Below are positions 18,445 to 27,575 of a DNA stretch of 64,000 nt, in pieces. The notes under the pieces are model-generated. The model ran no database searches. It saw nothing but the letters and a program-made list of their open reading frames with translations, and was not told the DNA's origin. Made by a program: the position numbers and the translations under genes. Numbering within the stretch: position 1 is the first letter of the stretch; every line of letters starts with the position of its first letter. Source of the stretch: Pseudomonadota bacterium (GTDB lineage Bacteria; Pseudomonadota; Alphaproteobacteria; Caulobacterales; Parvularculaceae); NCBI GenBank assembly GCA_038534195.1, contig JBCAXE010000014.1:2604-66603 (forward strand). Direction: 5' to 3'.

Positions 18445-18995
18445 GGCTTCAGCAAAGCCTGATTGTTTGTGTACGAGACGCTGCAAGTGCTGACGAACGG
18501 CGCCATCCCATTATACATGCTTTGGTCAAAGGCTCTCGGATTGTTAGCGGAACGGGAAGAGGGTTTAGAAATTTCAACAACGTTGTCGTTTTCGGATTGC
18601 TCATCATTACTGAGGCGTTCGTTATCTTTTGATGCCTTGAATGCCGGCTTCTCAGAATGGATTGCACGACGCGCACAATTTGCGACTTCATGAATTTCTT
18701 CAATTTTTTTATCCGTAATCTGTGAGCAAGCCTCTGAAAATGACTGGAGTTCATTCAGTATCGATTTCGCTTCATCGATCTTTGGCGAAAGCCGATCGAT
18801 GGTGTCATCGCTACTTTGCTTGGCTATGGTTACGTTTTCACGGGCGGTTTCGATTGTTTGAGATAGGGCTTTAATCGTTGCACCGAAGTCACCTGTCGCA
18901 CTCCGCATAGATTTAAGGCGACGATCAAGGAGATAACAAAAAACAATTGCGGTGAAAGATGCGGATATCAGGATTAGGTCGAGGATGATTTGCAT
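18441..18995 (-). CDS. Membrane-anchored coiled-coil protein of unknown function (flagellar operon member)
   Basis: 184 aa. N-terminal TM helix MQIILDLILISASFTAIVFCYLL followed by a helical region. It is coupled between fliL paralog 2 and the motE-like gene. Confidence 0.7.
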   Translation of the reverse strand: MQIILDLILISASFTAIVFCYLLDRRLKSMRSATGDFGATIKALSQTIETARENVTIAKQSSDDTIDRLSPKIDEAKSILNELQSFSEACSQITDKKIEEIHEVANCARRAIHSEKPAFKASKDNERLSNDEQSENDNVVEISKPSSRSANNPRAFDQSMYNGMAPFVSTCSVSYTNNQALLKP

Positions 18996-19009
18996 GATAA
19001 CGTCTTTTC

Positions 19010-19672
19010 CTAAGATAGAAGAAACTCAGTGACGAGAACTTCGTGAATGACAGCTTCGGGCGCGACAAGCCGCGCACGATGCGCAATGCGTTCCTTAAGA
19101 ACGGACAACATTGTCGGATCTTCGAATTGAGCAATATCGATGGTCCTCAGGTACGTATTGAGCGTGTCGATGATGTGGTAAGAGTGGATCGCGAACGCTT
19201 CAGAATCCTCAGGTGTCGTTTCAATCACGATGCGTATTTTAACGTGACGAGGCGATCTTTTTGATCGAACGGAAACGAGTAAGGGCGGGAATTCGACAAA
19301 TGCAGAGTTACCTGAAATGAACGTGGAGACCCCTTTGGCGCCGAATTGTTCGTCATCCGACTTTTTCTTATCATTCGATTTTTTCTGTTTTTTCTTTTTT
19401 TCTTTTTTAGAAGGCGTTTTTTCTTTCTTCTTTTTAGCGGCGGCTGTGTTTTCGTCGTTTCCTTTCTCTAACGATCCATCGATGCTTGTGACTGAAGCGT
19501 GCTGTGTTTGCGGACTAGGAGCCAAGAAAAAGCCGGCTGCTGCGCCAGCGCACAGCGATGTTACAAGAGCCATTGCTATTGCAAGTTTTCCAACACTGCG
19601 TCCGCCGTCGGCGCCTTCGGTCGGATCGACTTGCTCCGCCGTATCGTTTCTTCTGTCCATTTCGAATAACAC
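19010..19672 (-). CDS. FliL family protein (paralog 2) with very Lys-rich linker
   Basis: TM helix LAIAMALVTSLCAGAAAGFFL, linker AAKKKKEKTPSKKEKKKKQKKSNDKKKSDDE, and FliL core FVEFPPLLVSVRSKRSPRHVKIRIVIE. The start is GTG at 19672 or ATG at 19660. Confidence 0.7.
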   Translation of the reverse strand: MLFEMDRRNDTAEQVDPTEGADGGRSVGKLAIAMALVTSLCAGAAAGFFLAPSPQTQHASVTSIDGSLEKGNDENTAAAKKKKEKTPSKKEKKKKQKKSNDKKKSDDEQFGAKGVSTFISGNSAFVEFPPLLVSVRSKRSPRHVKIRIVIETTPEDSEAFAIHSYHIIDTLNTYLRTIDIAQFEDPTMLSVLKERIAHRARLVAPEAVIHEVLVTEFLLS

Positions 19673-19791
19673 GTAAAAATTGCAATAATGGAATATTACA
19701 ACTAATTGTAAACCGTTCTTTAAGATACCTCCGCAAAATTAACCATAAGGCGTTCCCGCGTGGGCGCGTTTTGGAGCGAGCGCATTGGACA

Positions 19792-21324
19792 ATGTCTAGA
19801 ATATTGAGTCTGTGGAACGGGTTTTCGTTGCAGCAAAAGGGCGTGTTGCTCGGTGTGCTGGCCACAACGATAGCGGCATTTGGCTGGTTAGCGACGGCGC
19901 CGTCTCGTATGCCAATGTCGCTTTTGTATGGCGGACTTGACGATGCTGCGGCCGGCGACATCGTCGCTGCCCTCGATGCGATGGAGGTGCGCGCGGAAGT
20001 TCGCGGACAAGCGATTTACGTTCCTAAGTCCAAACGCGATTCTGCGCGTCTAGCGCTCGCGCGCCAGGGATTGCCGCAACAAGGGCAGCCTGGATTTGAG
20101 TTGCTCGATAATATCGAAGGATATTCCACCACGTCCGAAATGTTTGATGCTGCATATTGGCGGGCAAAAGAAGGAGAGCTTGCGCGAACGATAATCGCAA
20201 CCCCAGGTATCAAGTCGGTTCGCGTTCATCTCGGCGTCCCTAAAAGAACGACTTTTTCTCGCGGCGCTGGTGCGATAACCGCATCGGCTACGGTCTCCAT
20301 GTCGCGTGGCCGCCTTGCTATGCAGCAAGCAACAGCGATCCGGTATCTAATTGCTTTGGCGGTACCTGACCTTGAACCAGAACAGGTCGCAATAATCGAT
20401 GCGCAAAGAGGCGTTGTGCTCAAGCCGGGCGCAGTAGGTGAAGCGATACCTGGCGGAGGGGCGTCGGATCGCGCGCGACGGATGGAGCAAAAACTACTTG
20501 AACTTCTTGAAGCGAGGGTAGGGCTGGGAAACGCGCGGGTTTCTGTTGCGCTGGATATTGAACATTCTGGTGAAATCGTCTCTGAGCGAATCCTTGATCC
20601 CGATAGCCGAATACTTTTGAGCAGAGACATTTCCGAAAGCACCGAGATTGGCGCCGAAGGGGGCGGCCAGGTGACTGTCGCCAGCAATCTTCCCGAAGGT
20701 GAAACCAGACAGGATGAGTCGCAGAACGAACGGACAGAAACACGCGAAAAGCTTTCCTATCAGTATTCCGAGATAAATCGGCAAAGGCGCCGTGAGCCAG
20801 GCGCAATTACGCGATTACAAGTAGCGGTCCTGTTGAACGAAAGCCAAACGGTTGATGATAGTAATGGCGCAAATTCCCCAAAACGAACTGAGGAAGAAAT
20901 AGAGGCGATCCGGGAACTCGTCGCCGCATCAGTAGGATTCAATGACGAGCGCGGCGATGTTGTGACGGTGAGAGTAATGGATTTCCATAAAGACGAAATC
21001 TCCGATGGTGAGCTTTTTGAGTCAGGCCCAGCCCAATTTTTGTCCTCAAATTTTATCTCAATCATTCAGGTTATTGTACCCGCTTTGGTCGTTCTGGCTC
21101 TGGCGCTCTTTGTTGTGAAGCCAATTCTCTCCCAGGCCCCGCCATCCGCTGAACAAGAACTTCTCAACACCGCGTCAGGTGCGGCTGCGGATGGTGAGGC
21201 CGTCGCAATCGCAAAATCACCTGTTGATGAGATGCGCGCTGTTGCGTCGAGCAATACTGACGCTAGTTCGAAAATCCTAAAGCAATGGCTCGGCGAAACC
21301 GAAGAGATCAAGCAACTATCGTGA
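19792..21324 (+). CDS. fliF: Flagellar MS-ring protein FliF
   Basis: Starts MSRILSLWNGFSLQQKGVLLGVLATTIAAFGWLA. Carries YscJ/FliF-type periplasmic domains and a C-terminal TM helix. The upstream 78 codons of the track ORF cross the divergent promoter region and are rejected. Confidence 0.95.
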   Translation: MSRILSLWNGFSLQQKGVLLGVLATTIAAFGWLATAPSRMPMSLLYGGLDDAAAGDIVAALDAMEVRAEVRGQAIYVPKSKRDSARLALARQGLPQQGQPGFELLDNIEGYSTTSEMFDAAYWRAKEGELARTIIATPGIKSVRVHLGVPKRTTFSRGAGAITASATVSMSRGRLAMQQATAIRYLIALAVPDLEPEQVAIIDAQRGVVLKPGAVGEAIPGGGASDRARRMEQKLLELLEARVGLGNARVSVALDIEHSGEIVSERILDPDSRILLSRDISESTEIGAEGGGQVTVASNLPEGETRQDESQNERTETREKLSYQYSEINRQRRREPGAITRLQVAVLLNESQTVDDSNGANSPKRTEEEIEAIRELVAASVGFNDERGDVVTVRVMDFHKDEISDGELFESGPAQFLSSNFISIIQVIVPALVVLALALFVVKPILSQAPPSAEQELLNTASGAAADGEAVAIAKSPVDEMRAVASSNTDASSKILKQWLGETEEIKQLS

Positions 21325-21887
21325 CACAGCGGAATTCCTCATCCGAAGTGGCTACGGCAAAGGCGGTGCTGCTCCCATCCTTTGACCGGCGTTCGTCTTT
21401 TGATCGACGAGAAGACACGCGCGCAGACGCCGAAAGCGCTTATAAAAAAGGCTACGCTGACGCCATTCGCGAACAGGACGCGTTGCAGTTGAAAGAGAGT
21501 AAGGAAGAAGCAGCACGCGAAAAGTGGTTGGAAGATTGCGTCCTCGAAGTTGCAGGGCGCCTTAGAGGCGAATTCCTCGAAGCAGTGAAGCTCCTTTTCA
21601 CCTCTGTCGCTCCATCGCTTGCAAATTTGGAAGTTCGTACAAAACTCGCCGAAGTACTCGAAGCGGGCGTTCGCGACATTGATGCCCTCTCTATAAGGAT
21701 AAATCCGACTTTGATATCACCAGATGATGATGACTTTATTGGAACCGTTACGGCCGATGAATCGCTCTCGCGGTTTGCGATTGAGGCGACATGGGGCGGC
21801 GGCGGATTGTTTTACGATGCGGAGTCGACGATCGGTGAACTGAAAAAACTGATCGACGACTGGATTAAAGAGGAGCGGTGCGAATGA
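21321..21887 (+). CDS. FliH-like flagellar export ATPase regulator (divergent)
   Basis: GTG at 21321 overlaps the fliF stop (GTGA). The segment AESAYKKGYADAIREQDALQLKESKEE resembles the FliH central helix. Its position between fliF and fliN fits. Confidence 0.5.
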   Translation: MTQRNSSSEVATAKAVLLPSFDRRSSFDRREDTRADAESAYKKGYADAIREQDALQLKESKEEAAREKWLEDCVLEVAGRLRGEFLEAVKLLFTSVAPSLANLEVRTKLAEVLEAGVRDIDALSIRINPTLISPDDDDFIGTVTADESLSRFAIEATWGGGGLFYDAESTIGELKKLIDDWIKEERCE

Positions 21888-22228
21888 ACACTGATGCGGA
21901 GAGTAAGACCGAGAATTTGCCGATCGACGTCGGTGAAACAGAAACAGTACAAAGCCAACAAAATTCTTCAACGTTAAACGCGGCGCACGACCGGATCATG
22001 GCGTTACCGGTTGAGCTCATTATCAGTGTGGGCTCAACGCGTATGCGCTTCCGCGATATTCTCGAATTATCAACCGAAAGTGTTATTGATCTCAATTCAA
22101 GAGCCAGCGATCCCGTGCAGATCATGGTGGGCGAGAAAATCATCGCGGATGGGGAGCTAATTGAAAAAACACCTGGTAGCGGTGAGTTAAGCGTTCGAAT
22201 CAATCAGGTTTTTAACAATGAGCGTTAG
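21884..22228 (+). CDS. fliN: Flagellar motor switch protein FliN
   Basis: SpoA/FliN domain PVELIISVGSTRMRFRDILELSTESVIDLNSRASDPVQIMVGEKIIADGELI. The ATG at 21884 overlaps the upstream stop (ATGA) and follows AGGAGCGG. Confidence 0.9.
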   Translation: MNTDAESKTENLPIDVGETETVQSQQNSSTLNAAHDRIMALPVELIISVGSTRMRFRDILELSTESVIDLNSRASDPVQIMVGEKIIADGELIEKTPGSGELSVRINQVFNNER

Positions 22229-23009
22229 AGCGGCTTTGTACACTGCGTGCGCCCCTGATAAGCGGCGCTTTTTTGTGAAACTTGCGTTGCTCGTATCTTT
22301 TCTTTGTCTTGTGCAAACGCCCGTGACGGCGCTTGCTGCGGTGAACGGCGAACTTGCAGCGCCAGTGCTTGAAAGCTCGCTCGCCACACGCGTTGTCCAG
22401 ATATTCATTGGCGTTACTGTACTTAGTCTAGCGCCGGGGCTTGCTATGATGGTGACCTGTTTGCCCTTCATGCTCATTGTTTTATCAATTCTGCGGCAAG
22501 GAACAGGATTGCAACAAGCGCCGCCAAATATGTTGATTGTCAGTGTTGCGCTTTTTTTGACATTTTACGTGATGGAACCGGTTTTTCGCGATATCTGGGC
22601 CGAGGGGGTCGCGCCGCTCACGCGTGGCGAAATTAGCGAAACAACAGCAATTCAACAATCTCTAGCGCCATTAAAACAATTTATGATGATGCGCGTCAGC
22701 GAAGAAGCGCTATTTATTCTTCATGAGGCCAAGGCAAGTACTGAACCACTTAAGCTCGATGACCCAGACGCTAGTCTATTGATTCCTAGCTTCGTGCTTT
22801 GCGAGATTCAGCGCGCTTTCGAGGTTGGATTTGTTATCTTGCTTCCGTTTTTAATTATTGATCTTTTAGTTGCTTCGATTTTGATGGCGATGGGGATGCT
22901 TATGCTTCCGCCGGCAATTGTCTCCCTGCCGTTTAAAATCGCCTTTTTTGTATTGTCGAATGCCTGGGTGAGCGTTGCTGGCGCACTTGTACGAGGATAT
23001 ACGCCATGA
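22218..23009 (+). CDS. fliP: Flagellar export apparatus protein FliP
   Basis: Signal sequence plus the FliP signature FMLIVLSILRQGTGLQQAPPNMLIVSVALFLTFYVMEPV. Confidence 0.95.
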   Translation: MSVRAALYTACAPDKRRFFVKLALLVSFLCLVQTPVTALAAVNGELAAPVLESSLATRVVQIFIGVTVLSLAPGLAMMVTCLPFMLIVLSILRQGTGLQQAPPNMLIVSVALFLTFYVMEPVFRDIWAEGVAPLTRGEISETTAIQQSLAPLKQFMMMRVSEEALFILHEAKASTEPLKLDDPDASLLIPSFVLCEIQRAFEVGFVILLPFLIIDLLVASILMAMGMLMLPPAIVSLPFKIAFFVLSNAWVSVAGALVRGYTP

Positions 23010-24103
23010 GAGCTAATCAAACTGATATTCACGGACATACAAATAACAGTGACGTATCCAGATCTCCTGAGGCCACGGAAACAACAAACCCCACCAGAAC
23101 CATGAGCTTGTCGCGTTCGCAGAAAGCCGCGGTCGTATTGGCGTCACTGAGCGCCGACTTCGCCCCTCAAATCGCACAAGAGTTATCTGATGAGGAATTG
23201 CGCGCCTTTGTTGCGGCATTTAGCGAGTTAAGCTCAATTGAATCAGACATGCTCAATATTGTTGCTAGAGAATTTACATCGGAAGTGGCGGCGCAAAGTT
23301 CGCAACTCGCTACAGGCGATATGGAAGCACAGCGCATTCTCAACGAGATCGTGGATTCCGAACGCGTCAATTCCTTATTCGACTCAGGTCCAATCGCCGA
23401 AACAGCAGAAGGCTTGTGGCCGAAAATTGCGGAATTGGACGACGAGCCTCTTTTGGCCTACTTCAACACACAGTCGGCGACAGTTTGCGCAGTGACGCTT
23501 TCGCAACTGCCGGCCGTGAAAGCGGCGTCATTAGTGTCGCAGTGTGCTCCCGAGCAGGCACGGGAGATTCTGCTTGAGCTTGCGCGAAAGCCAATTTTTC
23601 CCAAGCCGGCGGTCGACGCTGTTGCGTCAGCGATAAAGGAAGAAATCCTCGATGAATTGAATAGCCGGGCCGACTATTCAAAAGGCGGCGCAACGGTAGG
23701 TGAGATTGTCAATTTTCTTCCATCTAATGAACGGGACACGATGATGAACGCCATCCAAAGCGAAAGTCCCGAAATTGCGAAGGCCGTAAAGAAAAATGTC
23801 ATCACCTTTTCGGAATTGCACGTGCGCTTGCCCATAGAGGCGGCGCCCGTCATTATTCGTGAAATTGATCGGCGCATCCTTGTCGAAGCGCTGAGTTATG
23901 GCAACCAAATGGCAAAAGAGACTGTAGATTACTTTTTCGCATCAATATCCAAGCGACTTGGCGAACAAATCCGTGAAGAAGTCGAAGAAATCGGAACGAT
24001 CGACGAGGCTACGGGTGATGCGGCGCATAGGGAATTTATTGCCAAAGTAAAGAGCCTTGTTGCTGACGGCGAAATTGAAATCTATGAATGCGATGCCGAC
24101 TGA
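23006..24103 (+). CDS. fliG: Flagellar motor switch protein FliG
   Basis: FliG-like N, M and C domains (SQKAAVVLASLSADFAPQIAQELSDEELRAF; ...NVITFSELHVRLPIEAAPVIIREIDRRILVEAL). The ATG overlaps the fliP stop (ATGA at 23006-23009). Confidence 0.9.
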   Translation: MRANQTDIHGHTNNSDVSRSPEATETTNPTRTMSLSRSQKAAVVLASLSADFAPQIAQELSDEELRAFVAAFSELSSIESDMLNIVAREFTSEVAAQSSQLATGDMEAQRILNEIVDSERVNSLFDSGPIAETAEGLWPKIAELDDEPLLAYFNTQSATVCAVTLSQLPAVKAASLVSQCAPEQAREILLELARKPIFPKPAVDAVASAIKEEILDELNSRADYSKGGATVGEIVNFLPSNERDTMMNAIQSESPEIAKAVKKNVITFSELHVRLPIEAAPVIIREIDRRILVEALSYGNQMAKETVDYFFASISKRLGEQIREEVEEIGTIDEATGDAAHREFIAKVKSLVADGEIEIYECDAD

Positions 24104-24191
24104 AAAAACCAATCAGGCTATCCTTATCGGTGAATGTCATTTCCCAGAAAGCTGTCTTCACGCCTCCGGCTGCACACCGGAATAGAGTGAA

Positions 24192-25157
24192 TTAATCACT
24201 AGCCGACTGGATTACGACTGATCGCATGCCCGCGCTTTCTACTAACGCGCCATTGAATAACGGATACTCAAAATCCTTTTGTCGAATTGCGATGTTGCTT
24301 ATCGAGGCCATGGGTAGATCGAGATCGACGCCGGCTTTGAGCGACATGAGTGATTTTACTGACATAGTAATGCGCGCTAACTCGGCGCTTAATTCGCATG
24401 AAGCATCTCGCGATATCGACTCGAGATCAATTTTTTCGGGAGGAGCAGCGTCTTCATTTTTCGTCTTTGTTTGAACAAACAGGGAGGCCGGCAAGACAAT
24501 GCTCATATTTGCCAAATTTTCTGATCCACGCTCTCCTCGCTTTAATGACATGGTAATGCAATCATCATTTTCGTGAAACAGGGGGAAAGATTCCAGACTA
24601 TCAATTGGCGATACGGCGATATCGCCGATCTTTGTAGAGGAGGCCTTAGGAGTTGCCGCGGGTGGATCATTGGTTATGGAGACCAGGATTGCATTCGACA
24701 CTGTTTGCGCCGCATAACGCGCTAGGTGGCGTTCAACGCTTCCAAGCTCCCCGGGTTTAGCGAATGCGTTCATTCCAAAGTGTTGTGCGGCGATCGCTGA
24801 AACCATTGCTGTATCGAGGTTGATCACAATCAAGAGCTTGTCATTGATTGGATCCGGTTTGCTCGAACTGGTGCAGACAAAGCGCGTTGAATCTTCTTCC
24901 GCGATTTTTGCCGCGCGGCGCCACGGCTCAATAGAATAGGACGCATGAATTCGTTCAGCGCTGTCGCCTTCGAATATCTCGCCAAGAGCGGACTGCACCG
25001 CGTCGATGGTAAGGGTGATTTTTTCTTCGGCGTTCGCCTCAAGCGCGCTTCGGCGATTGTGGCTGTCGAGAATTTTCGCGACACCCGTGTTCTCCAATGA
25101 GCGCGGGATTATTTCATCGTCCGCCGCTTCGGGTTGTGATGATTGTGCTTGAGACAC
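24192..25157 (-). CDS. Divergent FliM-like switch protein
   Basis: 321 aa with a C-terminal SpoA-like segment (LSAELARITMSVKSLMSLKAGVDLDLP...NGALVESAGMRSVVI). It lacks the canonical N-terminal CheY-binding LSQxEIDALL motif. It lies convergent to fliG and divergent from motB. Confidence 0.5.
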   Translation of the reverse strand: MSQAQSSQPEAADDEIIPRSLENTGVAKILDSHNRRSALEANAEEKITLTIDAVQSALGEIFEGDSAERIHASYSIEPWRRAAKIAEEDSTRFVCTSSSKPDPINDKLLIVINLDTAMVSAIAAQHFGMNAFAKPGELGSVERHLARYAAQTVSNAILVSITNDPPAATPKASSTKIGDIAVSPIDSLESFPLFHENDDCITMSLKRGERGSENLANMSIVLPASLFVQTKTKNEDAAPPEKIDLESISRDASCELSAELARITMSVKSLMSLKAGVDLDLPMASISNIAIRQKDFEYPLFNGALVESAGMRSVVIQSASD

Positions 25158-25334
25158 GGATTTGCGTTGTGATCCTATATCTTATTTTTACGGACGTAGT
25201 GATTGAACGGCATAGCCACTCAGTATGCGGAAATAGCACTCGAAAAGTGTTTATAATTTGTAAAACAACCCATAGTAGCATGCTCGCCTGATCAAAAAGA
25301 CGAAGCTTTCTTCAAGTTGATGGCAGGGTAAACG

Positions 25335-26153
25335 ATGGCAGGTTCGGCGCTACAGCAAAACGTGGTGATCATCAAGAAGAAGGTCGTCAAAGGGCATGGC
25401 GGCCACCATGGCGGCGCCTGGAAAGTCGCTTACGCCGACTTCGTTACTGCAATGATGGCGTTTTTTCTGCTCATGTGGCTAATTAATGCGACCACAGAAG
25501 AGCAGCGCAAGGGGCTGGCCGATTATTTCAACCCGTCGATTCCCATCAGTAAAGTATCTGGCGGAGGCCAAGGTGCATTGAACGGATCGTCAATCTTGAG
25601 TGAAGACACATTAATCCGGGACGAAATTGGCGCCAGCGATGAATTTCCGGCTGCGCGGCCTGAGACAGCAACGCCGGATGAAGAAGTCGAGGCGCCGCTT
25701 GATACGCTTCGTGAAAAAATCGAAATTGCAAAACAAGATACTGCAGTCAGTGAACTGGCGGCCCATATCAATACGCGGATGACGCCCGAAGGACTTCTTA
25801 TCGAGCTGGTCGATGTCGATGACGACCCGCTCTTTTCGAACGGATCGGCGCAGCCGTCGCGGGTTCTTAAAAATCTGTTGTACGCGATCGCACCAGTGCT
25901 TTCGACGGTGTCGAATAAGATGGCGATTACCGGCCACACCGACGCGACATCCTTTTCGACTTCGGCGAACTACTCCAATTGGGAACTGTCTACAGACCGT
26001 GCGCACGCGTCCAGACGCTTGTTGGTTGAATATGGATTTCCGATTACGCAGGTTGCGGAAGTCGCCGGCAAAGCCAGCAACGAACCATTGTCTGATGATC
26101 CGTCCGCTCCCCAGAACCGACGCATAGCAATCACATTGCTCCGAGAGATATGA
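25335..26153 (+). CDS. motB: Flagellar stator protein MotB
   Basis: WKVAYADFVTAMMAFFLLMWL plug/TM region with the conserved Asp, and an OmpA-like C-terminus (ITGHTDATSF...NWELSTDRAHASRRLL...NRRIAITL). Confidence 0.9.
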   Translation: MAGSALQQNVVIIKKKVVKGHGGHHGGAWKVAYADFVTAMMAFFLLMWLINATTEEQRKGLADYFNPSIPISKVSGGGQGALNGSSILSEDTLIRDEIGASDEFPAARPETATPDEEVEAPLDTLREKIEIAKQDTAVSELAAHINTRMTPEGLLIELVDVDDDPLFSNGSAQPSRVLKNLLYAIAPVLSTVSNKMAITGHTDATSFSTSANYSNWELSTDRAHASRRLLVEYGFPITQVAEVAGKASNEPLSDDPSAPQNRRIAITLLREI

Positions 26154-26242
26154 TCGAAGGCGCCGCGTTAGGGCATTATTTACGAGGTCAGTGCTACCCT
26201 GGGTATAGTAAATTAAAAAATACGACCTAAAGGTGCATTTCA

Positions 26243-27550
26243 ATGAGTATTTCTTCTTCCCTAAATGCAGGCGTGGCTGGTCTGGCCGTTAACTCTGTTC
26301 GATTGGCGGCGATTTCGGACAATATCGCGAATTCAGGGACTTTCGGATACAAGCGCGTTGACGCCGAATTCTCCGATCTTGTTTTGCAACAGGGAAGCGA
26401 CGGCGCTTACGCTGCTGGAGGCGTCAGAGCATCGACCTTCCGTGATGTGAGCGCTGCTGGATCATTGCTAACGACCGCAAACGCAACCGATCTCGCGGTG
26501 AACGGACGCGGTCTGCTTCCGGTAACCGATCTCGCCGGCGTCTCGGCGCCGGCGGCTAATCGGTCTTTACTCTTGACGGCGACAGGGTCCTTTTCTCCCG
26601 ACCAAAGCGGCGTTCTGCGGACATCGAGCGGGCTCGTATTGCTTGGGTGGCCAGCAGACGTCAATGGCGACATCGGCGCACCCGTACGCGATAGCGCCGC
26701 TTCTCTCGAACCGGTTCAAATTAACCTAAACCAATTCGCTGCCTCAGCGACGACCGAAGTGCGCCTTGGTGTTAATCTGCCTGCTGCTGAAACCCAAGCC
26801 GGCGCTACCGGCGACGCTCTCACCCTACCGATCGAATATTTTGACACGCTCGGACGGTCACAAACGCTTGAAATCAGATTCACGCCAACGGTTCCGGCGG
26901 CAGGCTCCTCCAACGCATGGACAGCGAGCGTTTTTGATCGCGCCGGAGACCCAGCGGTCCCAATAGCGTCTTTCGATTTAACATTTGACGACAGTCTCTC
27001 TGGCGGTGGCGCTTTGGCCTCAGTCGTTCCCGGCGCCGGCGCGTCATTCGATCTGGTTTCCGGCTCTGTAACTGTTAACGCGGCCAGCAATCCAATCAGT
27101 CTCGTTGTAGGAACGCCGGGAGAGGCGACGCCGCTTACACAATTATCAGCGAGCTTTACGCCCGTCGCCATCAGCAAGAATGGCGCGCCGCTTGGAAATC
27201 TTGCGTCTGTTGAAGTCGATGAGCAAGGTTTCTTGCAGGCGATTTACGATACTGGTTTTCGACGCACTCTTTATCAGATTCCTATCGCAGATGTCCCAAA
27301 CTTCAATGGGCTGGATGCTGTTGGATCGCAGGCGTTCCAGATTTCCCAAGATAGCGGTGATTTCTATCTCTGGGACGCCGGGGACGGGCCGGCCGGATCG
27401 ACGGTTGGTTTCGCGCTCGCCGAGTCAACCACAGACATTGCAAGCGAACTGACGGATCTAATCCAGACACAACGCGCCTATTCGTCAAACGCGCGCATTA
27501 TTCAAACCGTCGATGAGATACTACAAGAGACGACGAATATCATTCGATAG
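26243..27550 (+). CDS. flgE: Flagellar hook protein FlgE
   Basis: 435 aa with N-terminus SLNAGVAGLAVNSVRLAAISDNIANSGTFGYKR and C-terminus DLIQTQRAYSSNARIIQTVDEILQETTNI. Confidence 0.93.
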   Translation: MSISSSLNAGVAGLAVNSVRLAAISDNIANSGTFGYKRVDAEFSDLVLQQGSDGAYAAGGVRASTFRDVSAAGSLLTTANATDLAVNGRGLLPVTDLAGVSAPAANRSLLLTATGSFSPDQSGVLRTSSGLVLLGWPADVNGDIGAPVRDSAASLEPVQINLNQFAASATTEVRLGVNLPAAETQAGATGDALTLPIEYFDTLGRSQTLEIRFTPTVPAAGSSNAWTASVFDRAGDPAVPIASFDLTFDDSLSGGGALASVVPGAGASFDLVSGSVTVNAASNPISLVVGTPGEATPLTQLSASFTPVAISKNGAPLGNLASVEVDEQGFLQAIYDTGFRRTLYQIPIADVPNFNGLDAVGSQAFQISQDSGDFYLWDAGDGPAGSTVGFALAESTTDIASELTDLIQTQRAYSSNARIIQTVDEILQETTNIIR

Positions 27551-27575
27551 CAGAGTATATTGAAAGGGACAGATT

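Noticed and set aside
19558-19791. 78-codon N-terminal extension of the fliF ORF in the track
   Set aside because: The extension runs through the divergent promoter region and overlaps the fliL2 start. Its translation is Arg/Cys-rich nonsense. A canonical FliF N-terminus begins at the ATG at 19792.
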